A stretch of DNA of 64,000 nt from Octopus vulgaris. Lineage: Eukaryota. The notes beneath the pieces are model-generated. The model worked only from the letters and a program-made list of their open reading frames with translations. It had not been told where the DNA came from and did no database searches. The position numbers and the translations under genes are program-made. Positions 40,811-52,160 of this stretch are shown here, piece by piece. The stretch covers positions 148,676,001 to 148,740,000 of the forward strand of contig OX597815.1 of assembly GCA_951406725.2 (NCBI GenBank). Reading direction: 5' to 3'. Each line of letters begins with the position of its first letter. Position 1 is the first letter of the stretch.

Positions 40811-41874
40811 ATATTGCCACAAGTTCATGCCTATATATATCTGTGCGTTTGTGTATGTTTGTATATGTTTGTGCGTGTGTTTGTGTGGATTTATGTTTCT
40901 ATGTGTATGTGAGTGCGTGTGTTTTTGTGTGTGTATGTTTGTATGTGTGTGTGAGTGTGTGTGTGTGTGTATGCATGTATATATATTGGCTGATTGCCAT
41001 GTAAATATGTTGAAGCATATATGCTAGCATATACATGAAAATTCATATACACAACTTTATGTATGCACATATGTACGTGTATATTTGTGTGTGTGTGTGT
41101 TTGATTGTTTGTTCCTGTGTGTGTGTGCGTGTGTTTCTAGTTACATGTATGTGTATATATACCTATAAGTAGAAACGCGCGGTTTTAAGTTGTATATCAA
41201 CTTAAAACCGCAGATGTTTTGAAGTACTTAGTTGTCATTTCACACGTAACGATGACATATTTCAATTTCGAGATTATTATGTAACTAGAAATATTTAATC
41301 GATATGTCTATTTTTGTAATGAACTAGCACAAATCATTTTCAGAGCAGTCCAGAATATCGTTGGAAAAGACAAATTGCAACAACGTAAGAGAGTATTGCA
41401 ACGTACCAAGAAGCGAAAATTAACGCTTTTGATAGTGACAGAGAACAAACCGTAATATGTGCGATAATAAAAAAGGTGTCCGTTAGAATATAATAACTTA
41501 GCTACAACCAGAGAAGGATAAAGGGAAAATGAAATATATATACTTGTCCATAGATAACTAAGGACACCGTGTTCCTATTTGTCGTGTTGGTATGTACGAC
41601 CGAAATACATATAGGAAAGTAAGAGATGAATCTAATTTTACGTATAGGAACAACATATGACATAAATGAGTCCGCGTGCATAAGTACGTCTACACATATA
41701 TACGTATACATTCATAAAAACATCCCATACCAAATTCTTTGAAATATTTTGCTGCTGAATTCACAGTTGATATATTGTTAATGTTTGTAGCAACTACGTT
41801 ACATACCACTGAGTACAGAAAAGTATATATTTAGACCTTCATAATGTGATTTATTCATTGCCTTCAATTTTGTT

Positions 41875-41992
41875 TTGAGCAAAGCTTGTGGTCCATCTTT
41901 TATATGCAAGACCAAACAATACACATGATAACACTTCCATTCAGTTAAGATGAAAAACAATGAAAGCCACTGCCTGGCACTGCATCAGGGCA
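41875..41992. mobile_element. Terminal fragment of the ~555-bp ATT-flanked element
   Basis: ACATGATAACACTTCCATTCAGTTAAGAT...GCCACTGCCTGGCACTGCATCAGGGCA, followed by (ATT)n. Confidence 0.85.
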
Positions 41993-42012
41993 TTATTATT
42001 ATCATTATTATC

Positions 42013-42081
<69 letters not shown>

Positions 42082-43440
42082 ACTATTCCTTCGTAAAACA
42101 GTGTAGGGAAATATACACCGGGGTCTTTAATCATCTGTTAATTCACAATAAATACTTCAGACAGATAATACTTTCGTTTAGATATGCGCTTTCGCAAGTC
42201 ATCATTCTTGCATGGGATTTCCAGTTGCCTTAAGAAGTTTTGAAGTCTCAATGTGTTTGAACCCAACGCTCCGATCACCGCTGGTATCACTTTTACATTA
42301 CCCCCTCGCATTCCATACAGTCTTGCCATTTCCACTTTCAATTCAGAGTAATTGGGGATTTTTTCAACCTCTTTACTCACAACATTCACGTCATTCGGTA
42401 TGGCCACATCAATCATCTGACAGTATCTGTCTCTCTTATTCAATATGACATTATGCGGCCGACGGTGTTCTATTAAACGATCCGTCTGAAAATCATAGTC
42501 CCAGAGCATCGTTCCTTTTCCATACTCTTGCATAACTTTAATTGGTACACGCTAATACCAGTTGTCTGTTACTTCATATTGGTATTTACGGTGTAAGAGC
42601 TAATAAAGATACACACACACTTAATCATGGCGGCGCCTATATTGTTTTTATGCAAGGCCCTCACATCCACTTACCAAGTGGGTCACAGTTTTCACACTCT
42701 TTCCACGGAATCTGCATTTCTGTGTGTTAGAAGTTTTATAGATATTATTCTTCACTGAAGTTGTAGCGAGAGCGTGCTGTTGTGCAGCCATAGTCAGGCT
42801 TTCGATGGTACGCTCCAAATCACCTCGCTCAAACGATGCTCACGATGCTGAATTATCGTTAATGTCTTGTGTATTCCTTTCAAACTGTCCATGCATTCTC
42901 ATTTCAATAAGGTCTTCTTTTCTCTTCTCCTCAGCTCTTTGGTTAAACTCTTGCTTGCCCATCATTTCCTCTGCATTTACACCCATATCTTTCACGGGAT
43001 ATTGCAGCTGGTCTTCATCACTATTGATCAATTACTCGGCAAGCGTTCTTTTTTCACTCCTTCTACAATGGTCTATACTAATTAACCCTTTACCACCATT
43101 CTTTCTTTTCTTATACAGCCCCATGCAGCGTCATCAGCTTTCTCGTCATTCTATTCCTCCTTAGAATATTTGAGGATGGGCGCACTATACATGACCACCG
43201 CAACTGCCCAGATATTCATTATGGTAATCAAAGTTTTGGCATCCTGGTTGGATGTCAACATTTTCACCTTTTTTCTTATACGCTTCGCTGATCTTGACCT
43301 TCATTTCTCTATGTGAAATATCATCCAGCCCTCAAAACCTTAAATATCTATTCCCACTACTGTCGGGTTAACCCAAGCTATCCCCTGATGGTAATTGCAA
43401 TCCACTGCAGGCTGCTTTCTTACCTCTTTTTATATTAAGT
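42082..43440 (-). mobile_element. R4/Dong-like RLE non-LTR retrotransposon, 3' portion
   Basis: LWDYDFQTDRLIEHRRP..IDVAIPND..KEVEKI..Y..L (RLE endonuclease), IPAVIGALG, a decayed CCHC, and upstream GGKGLIS. The 3' end abuts (TAA)n. Confidence 0.9.
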
Positions 43441-43631
43441 ACTGAATTATTATTATTATTTTTGTTGTTTATCACCTTCTTTCGTGAGTTAAAGGCGAAC
43501 GCAACTTCAAATATAAAGCACATGTGGTGTGTCTTGCCGACCGTCTCTAGGTCCGGGTTGTTCTTCTGCACTCCCTGACCTCTTTGGAATGGAAAAGCCC
43601 AGACGATTTTATTATTATTGTAATTATACGT

Positions 43632-43835
43632 AGTTCAGCTGACACATTCGTTAGCACGCCGTGCAAAATGCTTAGGGGCAATTCGTATTTCCTACGTTCT
43701 GAGTTCAAACCCTGCCGGGGTCGCTTTCCATTTTATCTTTCGAAGTTGATAAAATAAAGACCAGTTGAGTACTGAATCCGATGGACACGACTAGCCCCTC
43801 CCACAAAAAGTCAATCCATATGCCTATAAAACGAA
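43632..43835 (+). mobile_element. SINE family B, diverged
   Basis: CGTTAGCACGCCGTGCAAAATGCTTAG...GTTCTGAGTTCAAAC. Confidence 0.8.
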
Positions 43836-43873
43836 ACCCATAATTATTATTATTATTAGTAGTAGTAGTAGTA

Positions 43874-43911
<38 letters not shown>

Positions 43912-43916
<5 letters not shown>

Positions 43917-44320
43917 GTGATGAAAACTCACAGCTTATTTTGCTGCGTATGATGGAAAGTGTCAGCTGTCCACGGCCAACAGACTAAGGTGCCAATTGTT
44001 AACTGGTCATGCTTCAAGAACACTGCGTAGAATTCTTGCACTTCCAAGCAATGCTGAGTTTTGTAGGCGTTCCATCTTCACACTAGCAACAATCTTTTGC
44101 AACCATGTTAGTAGATTGTACTAACATGGCTAGTTAGTATTTTAGCCATGTTAGTAGTTTAGTGCTGATATTTCCAAGTGCACCAATTACTATTGGTATC
44201 ACATATACTCTCTTTATTGACCACAATCTTCGTGTTTCCCAATTTAAATTGTCGTAGTTGTTTATTTATATTTCTTCTTTCTCATTGATCTTGTCATCGA
44301 GGCATGCTATGTCGATTAGC
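43912..44320 (-). mobile_element. Second R4/Dong-like RLE element, 3' end
   Basis: LIDIACL..RRLWSIKRVYVIPIVIGALG..LQNSALLGSARILRSVLEA*, then a 3' UTR and (TAA)n. Confidence 0.85.
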
Positions 44321-45016
44321 ATTCGTTATGCTATGTCGTTATTCCATGCATTAAATATATCACGTTACAGTATATTCTTTCTTTTTGTGTCTTCAAAGAA
44401 TTAAGATTACTATATAACAATTGTAGAATAGTCTAACCCAGTACAGTACACATTGTTAATATGCATATTTCGCAGGTAACCGAAAGGTACTTTTTCAAAG
44501 CTGATTATGAATAATTTATAATTTATTTATGTGACGGTTGGTTCTCCGTACAATATGTGAATATCAAACTCAAGGTAATATATTCAACTTTGAGTCTATG
44601 AACAAAATTTTATTTTTGTAAGAAGGTCTTTATATATCTCTGTTGCATTTGGGAATTGGTTCTAGAATATTTTTTGACTATTCTGAGTATATAAAAAGAA
44701 TTGTATAAATTTAGCTCTTTCTGACTATTAAATGCATTGCACATATTAGCTTCCATTACTTCCTCTCTCAAACACACTAGATTACTTTCCCCACAGGCAA
44801 TATCCTCATACATTTACAATCCAACATGCAGTGTGTTTGATAGAAATACAACTGAGGTAAACTGTTCATTTGAAATTTTAGGCCTTAACCATATATACAT
44901 ACATACGTGCGTACATACATGCAAACACACATACGTAAATAACATAGATACATAGATACATATATACATACACGTATATTTATGTATTTATGTATATTGC
45001 CTTATTTATTCATACC

Positions 45017-45083
<67 letters not shown>

Positions 45084-45447
45084 ATGTATATGTATGTATA
45101 GATGCATGGAGGGAATGGATGGATGGATGGATGACTTCTACAATTTATTAAGTGATCTTTAATGAATCATTCAGATTGAATACCTACGTAGATGAAGATA
45201 ATTTCACTAGCAAATTTTCTTAATGTTTCATTAAATATTTATTATTTAGATTATTTTGCTGTAACTACAGTTTCAAAGACGTAATTCTAAATATTGATGG
45301 CGATGTTTTGTTAACGAAATTCATGTTGCATAAATGATAATATTCCATTTCGTCTATGAGAGTTTCATAATAAATGTGCACTAAATTATTAGATTCGATG
45401 TAACATATAATTTTCTCACATATAATTTTAGCTAGATTTAAGGTAGT

Positions 45448-45750
45448 GGAGGTACAATGACCCAGTGGTTAGGGCAGCGGACTCGGGGCGGAGGATTGTG
45501 CTCTTGATTCCAGGCTGGGCGTTGTGTGTGTTTATTGAGCAAACACACCTAAATGCCCCATAAGTCTCCGGCAGTGGGTGGTGGCGACCCCTATTGTATT
45601 CTTTCGCCCCAACTTTCTCTCACTCTTTCTTCCTGTTTCTTGAGTAACGCTGCGATGGACTGACGTCCTGTCCAGCAGTGGGGGAGCACATACGCCATAG
45701 AAACGTGGAAACCGGGCCCATAAACTTGGCTATGCTTGAAAAGGGCTTAA
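45448..45750 (+). mobile_element. SINE with a family C head and a different 3' body
   Basis: Matches 7863-8053, then diverges into GCTGCGATGGACTGACGTCCTGTCCAG...GAAACCGGGCCC. Confidence 0.8.
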
Positions 45751-46042
45751 AAAGAGAAAAAAGATTTAAAGTAACAATTTACTAACTTCCTTTTCCTCAT
45801 GCAGAATGCAAATGATAGTGCCAGTTGAATAAACATATGAATTGCTTTATTGTACTACACAGAGAGTGTACAGATATTAAGTAATTTGGTATCATATGAA
45901 CTAGTCTATAATACAATATTAATTTCCATTTCCCTTTGATATAATTAAGTATTTTAAGTCGTTGGACAATTTCGGTTTTTAAAAGTTGGCATTTTTTGTA
46001 TTGCCGGCGAAAGGCTGCGTCTGCGCAGTAGATTTTGAAAAA

Positions 46043-46104
46043 AGTTAGGATGTATAAACAAGAGGCACATAGTTTGATCGCCTCGTGTTTATATATTTTT
46101 GACT
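46043..46104 (+). ncRNA. Pre-miRNA-like hairpin (candidate)
   Basis: AGTTAGGATGTATAAACAAGAGGC pairs with GCCTCGTGTTTATATATTTTTGACT: a ~23-bp stem with G-U pairs and a 13-nt loop. Confidence 0.35.
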
Positions 46105-47534
46105 GTGTGATCAGTATTGGCGAAGGGAAAACATCGATCCCATCTCTAGCCTTACGTGATACACACGGACTCTAGTTTCTGAGTAGTTACCCGTCATCAG
46201 TGTGTGATAATCATCAGCATACATATGTACGCAAATTATTTCGTGCACCGTTGAGTTTATTACATAAACAAAAACATTGCATTAAAACACGATAAGAACT
46301 TCGACCCTTTTAAATGTTACATTTTGTGCGAGTTTATTATTTCAGTGTAGATAAGTATATCCGTATTGCAGTTGTACATACAAGGTTGGAAATGATAAAG
46401 TGATAAAAGCAAGAATGGATAAAAGAGTCAAGGTTTGTGTATTAGACAATCAATAACAATAGAAAACAAATAGCATTGGTTTGATTAGTTTGTGTTTAAC
46501 ACAGGTGGATGCGATGTTGTGTGAAATACGGTGGATACGTGGACATACAGTATACAGTTTGTATGTTAATCTAATGTTCCATGTAATTATAAAACAAAGC
46601 TTTTCATTTCGTACATAAATTAATTACAGACATTAGGTGAAGTAAAACATCTGTAAGTGAAGAGTGTGTTCTCGTTTGAACAAAATTTTAACGCGCCTTC
46701 AATTTTCTTAAATAAAACACACGACTTGATTATAATATAAATATATTCTGCTTTTATACACTTTATAACACATCCAATAAATTATTATATTAATTGACCA
46801 TTCACTACCACGTTTTTACTTAATAACAGACAAAATTCAATTTTTATTAATACGAATGAAATGAAGGGAAAATAAATAATTTCTCGTTTTGACAAAGAAA
46901 AATGTATTTTAATTTTTTTTTCTAATTCTCAATGTTAATGTAAATATACATGCTTTATAAATTAAATAAATTGTGTGACATCAGTACAAGCATTTACATT
47001 CCATATTTTTAATGCAAATTATATACGGTTTCGAATATTTTCTTGAAGCCTATGTATGTATAAAATATTTCATATGCTGAATTACAAATATTAACTATGA
47101 GACAGGTGATTACATTTTAGAATTCTATTGAAAGAAAGAAAGAACCATGGTGAAATAAGGAGTTGTATAAAAGTTTACGATGTTTGCTACTGAGTGGGTA
47201 AATGTGTTGTTTAGTCATGTGATTTACATTTAAATTAATACAGTGCAGACGCTGTGAGATTTAGAAATCTTTTTCTAGTAATGCATGAAATGGTTGCTAT
47301 TCATGGGGTGTATTCGAAACAATGTCGGGATAATTTAAACGTATTATTGGTGAAAACTTAAAGTGAGTTTCAGATCATTATGAAATAAACTCTTAGCTCT
47401 TTATAAAACAACCGAAAATCTGAAAATTCAAAATTTAGTAATTCGATAATTGCAAAATATGAAACATAACGCTGATACAAATACCACCGCCAGTGTTATT
47501 ATGGCAGTAAAGTAATATGTATGTAATCTCTTAC

Positions 47535-47552
47535 CTCGAGAAACACTATTAC
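47535..47552 (-). other. Candidate 18-nt microexon
   Basis: tttgtcttcatcag|GTAATAGTGTTTCTCGAG|gtaaga. Confidence 0.3.
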
Positions 47553-49342
47553 CTGATGAAGACAAATATATTATTTAATCAAGCCTAACAAAGAGAAAGC
47601 AAGTAACATCAAATTAAATGATTCTGGAAGGTTATGATGGAATGTAGCCAATTAAATAAGTAATTATAACTTTGCATTAATTTCGTTTAAAATGTAGAAA
47701 AATATTAGATATATAAAGTCAATAAGTAAAAAGTATATGAACAGCAATGCAATATTTTATTTATGATGTATAGAGGAATAAATATCAATAAGTACAAAAT
47801 AATGATATTATAATTTTCAAGTTTGGGTCACATATTAAAATATTTATGTGCATTAACGAACTGCTATTAATTATTTGTTTTCATTTAATCAAGCTGAAAA
47901 TATACACCTTAAACTAAAACACATGTACATGCTTGGGGTATAAATGAAATGTATTTCCGTAAAATATATTTTGTAGCTTAGAGCGAATATGTTGCATTTT
48001 TTTTTAATTAGCAATTTAATATTCTAAAAATATATAGTAAATTATTGAAATTTAATACACTGAAATTGGATTATAATTTTTTTCTAAATAGAGATAAATG
48101 ACGATTATTATAAAGTATAAAGAACAAGGTGTAACTTCGAATTAAATGCATAATACATGTGGTTGCAACTTTTAATGTAATGGGCATCAAGAGTCATTGT
48201 ATGAAATGATCATAATGTGTATGAACATTTAAAGAATTTCGACTATATGCATGCTAAAATATTGAACAGATAAATATAATTTAATAACATTTCTATAATT
48301 ATGGTCATCTACATATTTGGTGTATTTAAAATGTATAAAAGAAAACTAAAAGCATATCACAAGAAAATGTTTACGATACGGCTTCAACAAATGCGTAAAG
48401 ATGTGGAGGAAATAGCAACAATGGAGAAAAAGCTTCTGAAAAATGTATAGTAACAGGATTTCAGAAACGTACACTGTAATATCTAATCTTATGCCTGGGG
48501 CAAAGTCAATGGTGTAGAGTCAAAACAAAACAGCAAGTCAGTATTTAAGTGTTTTCATTACATTTATAAAATTCGTGTTTCGCCTTAATTTGTATCACGT
48601 GTGAGAGAAAGAGTGAATGACAGAAAGAGAGTGCGTAAGACAAAGTGAAGGACGCATCGAACGAAAATCTTTTCTTGCACTGAAGGTCCACAAAGGCAAC
48701 TTCTTGCAAAACCCAGCAGCGGATCCTACAGAAAATGAAAGATGCATTTTCAACAAATCTATATTATAAAATTTCATCAAACGACGGATCAATCAGTTCG
48801 TCAAACTTTACACAATAGACATGTAGCAGAGCAACAATTCATTGGTTGAAGAAATTTGAAGATCAGACCACAAACAGATTCATCTAATTTGGCAGCATGG
48901 ATTTTTAATCTTCGATCTTCAAAAGCCTGCTCCAAAAGGCAGGCGAGTTTAATAAGGTATATACAACCATCACTTGTACCGAGATTGCCATTATATAATG
49001 ATTACAATTGAGTCGTTGCTTTTACCTGACAATTCCGACCAGGTGAAAAGTAATGGGAATGAGCCATTGGATGTTGTTATGAGAAACTATGAGGGAGCAG
49101 TGAAAGGAGATCTTTTCGGTCTTTTCATATCTTCTCCATATCTCTAAAATCGAAATAATATGATCCAGCATAGGATTATAGACAAATGACTGTCGAGCAG
49201 TAGTGCATAATAAAAATGGTCGCGATATGTACAAGGAAGTATTATGCAAACAATGTGGTCAAGTAAACCTAAAATGTACAATCATCACTAACGTTAAAGA
49301 AGTTAATTTCCTAGACTTTACTATCGGTTTTTGCAGAGGCAT

Positions 49343-49474
49343 AACAGATCATACAAAATAAAAGGGGTCGTTCTGTTAATATACCTTCTGATCGTATATT
49401 AACGATAGTTGTAATGAAATTAATAGCTCCAAGAATTGATGAAATAACTGCTAAATGAAGTGAAAAAAAATGGC
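49343..49474 (-). pseudogene. COX1: NUMT: mitochondrial cytochrome c oxidase subunit I fragment
   Basis: In the invertebrate mitochondrial code it reads [41 protein letters not shown], matching the conserved COX1 [20 protein letters not shown] segment, with indels. Confidence 0.93.
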
Positions 49475-50029
49475 CTTCAATAAACGAAATGTGGGTACTT
49501 CCATCATAGAGAGACAGAAACACTCTAACCGTCCTCTCTCCATGAAAACAATAATGTAACAGTATCAGCAGACGTTTCTAACATAATCGTGGATGAAGCA
49601 ATAGTCAGAAAGGACTTCCATATTACAACACCGCAGTAGAAAGTTGTAATTTTATGAATCGTATAATTTATATTGAAACAAATGTAGATTGGATTAAAAG
49701 ACACAGACATGGGACAATACTATGGTATAATCCTCCGTAAAATATGACCATGGCTGCGAATGTAGATACAATATTCCTGAACCTGATAAATACACACTCT
49801 ACATGTACACAACAAAATCGTTAGAAATACAGTTCAAATTAGCTATTATTGCCAACCCCACAATAAGAATAACAACACCGGATCCTGAAATTGTAGATAT
49901 CCGACTAGATAATTAAGATTTGTATTAAAATTCCACTGAGTTTTACTCTACCTATGATTTTTTTAGAACCAGTCAAGTATCGGCATCATTGTAATCGTGC
50001 CTGATAACGGTGCACCAAACACATGCATC

Positions 50030-50355
50030 AAAATCATATGAAGTAAGACGTGGTATGAGGAAAAAGTACGAAATCTGCCCGGCTGTGGAAAATTAAGAAG
50101 GTGAAGATAATGCCAATTATTATTGGGGCCTTGGAAACAGTACCAGAAGGAATTAAGAGAAATATAAGCGAAATTGGTATAGATTGACGAGTAGAACTTT
50201 TTCAAAAGTTCTGCTTCCTTGGTAAGGCGAGAATAATCAGGTAATTATAAGGTAGATGAAAAGACCGAATACCATCGTACTGTACGCTGCAGGTGGCAAA
50301 CCCGTTATACATGCAAGACTCCAGGAGCTCCAACAAGACCTATGATAAAAAGATA
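50030..50355 (+). mobile_element. R4/Dong-like RLE element, 3' end
   Basis: RLWKIKKVKIMPIIIGALETVP..LGKARIIR, then a 3' UTR and ATAATAATAAT. Confidence 0.75.
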
Positions 50356-50925
50356 ATAATAATATTATTATAATTAAAAATATATGTGTGTATTGTTATG
50401 CATTTGGTGTGTTTCTGCAGGGATATAAAAATGGATACGTGTACAGGGAAAGTCCCTGTGCTTCTTCTTTTAATATCACAGGATTTAGATATTGTACCAC
50501 ATTGCCAAAATAATTATAGTAGTATCATCACTTGAACTAAAATTTTGTTATTTGGAGATGGTTGAAAAGGCTGAACACTCCCTCAGAAATTTAGTGACTC
50601 ATGTTTTAATTCATATTTCATTCGTCATACTTCAGCAATCAGAACGTTAACTGAATTTCAGCGGAAAATATTCGAATCACATCCGTACAATAGAATAGCT
50701 GGGTAAGTTCACAACAGAATATGTCTGAATCGGTGTGTCAAATTCTCTGAAACATTTTCACGACATTCTGTCACTATAAGTAATATAAACTACACAGACT
50801 ATGTAACCTACACAGACATTGATAAGTAAAGATTCACACATAACCGCAAGCATTATCGTATGCCCGTATACACACATACATATATTTGTATGTGTGTGTG
50901 TGTAGTAGTAGTAGTAGTAGTAATG

Positions 50926-50961
<36 letters not shown>

Positions 50962-51059
50962 AAAGTAATAGAATGTCCTTGTTACAATATATATTTGAAA
51001 CAGTTAAAAGAAATGATTTTTCTGACAATGTTCCACTATAATAAGCTGTTTCTAAATAT

Positions 51060-51092
<33 letters not shown>

Positions 51093-51114
51093 TACACACA
51101 CATACACATACATA

Positions 51115-51154
<40 letters not shown>

Positions 51155-51194
51155 TGTGTGTGTGTGTATACATAGTTGGAATTTACAGAAAAAC

Positions 51195-51618
51195 AAACGA
51201 CGAAGGCAAATGTATAAAGAACAAATTCGTGTAGTAGTTTAACGCTCGGGAAGGTGAGAAAGACTTTTACGTTTCGAGCCTACGCACTTCAACCGAAAGA
51301 AACACGAGGAAATAAAAAAAGAATCTAAAAAATCCTTGATGGGCGAGCGGTCAATCATGGCGGCTGGCTGGGAAGAGGGAGTTACACATTGTGTATCGAA
51401 TATTTACTAAGATGCATTTGTTGGATTTAATTTAAAAGATTATGGGAATGCATGAAGGAGGAAGGCGCGTGGGAACAGTAGACATAACAGAGATTATACT
51501 TTTATCTTCTCGTTCTAACATATATGTATATATATATATACAAACATAGATACATACATACATATCAATATCAATATGCACGTATTTTACTTAACACTGA
51601 TTTGCCGTTCATATTTTT

Positions 51619-51706
<88 letters not shown>

Positions 51707-52160
51707 TGAAGAGAAAAGAGGAAGAGCCGTGAGAGAACAACAAGCAAGTGTATCAGTCTGACGCTCGGGAAGAATGGAAAGGCCTTTGGCCTTTATAAAT
51801 ATAAACTCCTATATACATCAGTAGTTAAAGTATTAATGGCAGCATTAACACTTCGATAGAGAAAATTCACGTATATATGTGTATTTAAAGGTAAAAGTTG
51901 TAGCAGAGAACATTAAGTGATATAGAACATTGCTTGATTGCGTGAATATGAAATTATATGTTTCCTTATATTTCTATGTGCCTCTTTATTTCAATTGGTG
52001 GGAAATCTACATAAAACATTTTGTAACGAGACGCATCTGTTGGATTTAAATTCAACTCGGATGTAAAAAGATTATGGGAAATGCGTCAGGAAGGAAGGCA
52101 CGCGGGGATAGTTAGACATAAAAGAGATGATACTTTTATCTTCTCGTTCTAACATATATC
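51195..52160. repeat. Diverged direct duplication of [Penelope-like tail + ~120-bp unique block]
   Basis: 51410-51524 matches 52030-52158 (...ATACTTTTATCTTCTCGTTCTAACATATA). Each block is preceded by an ACGCTCGGGAAG-containing fragment. Confidence 0.75.
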
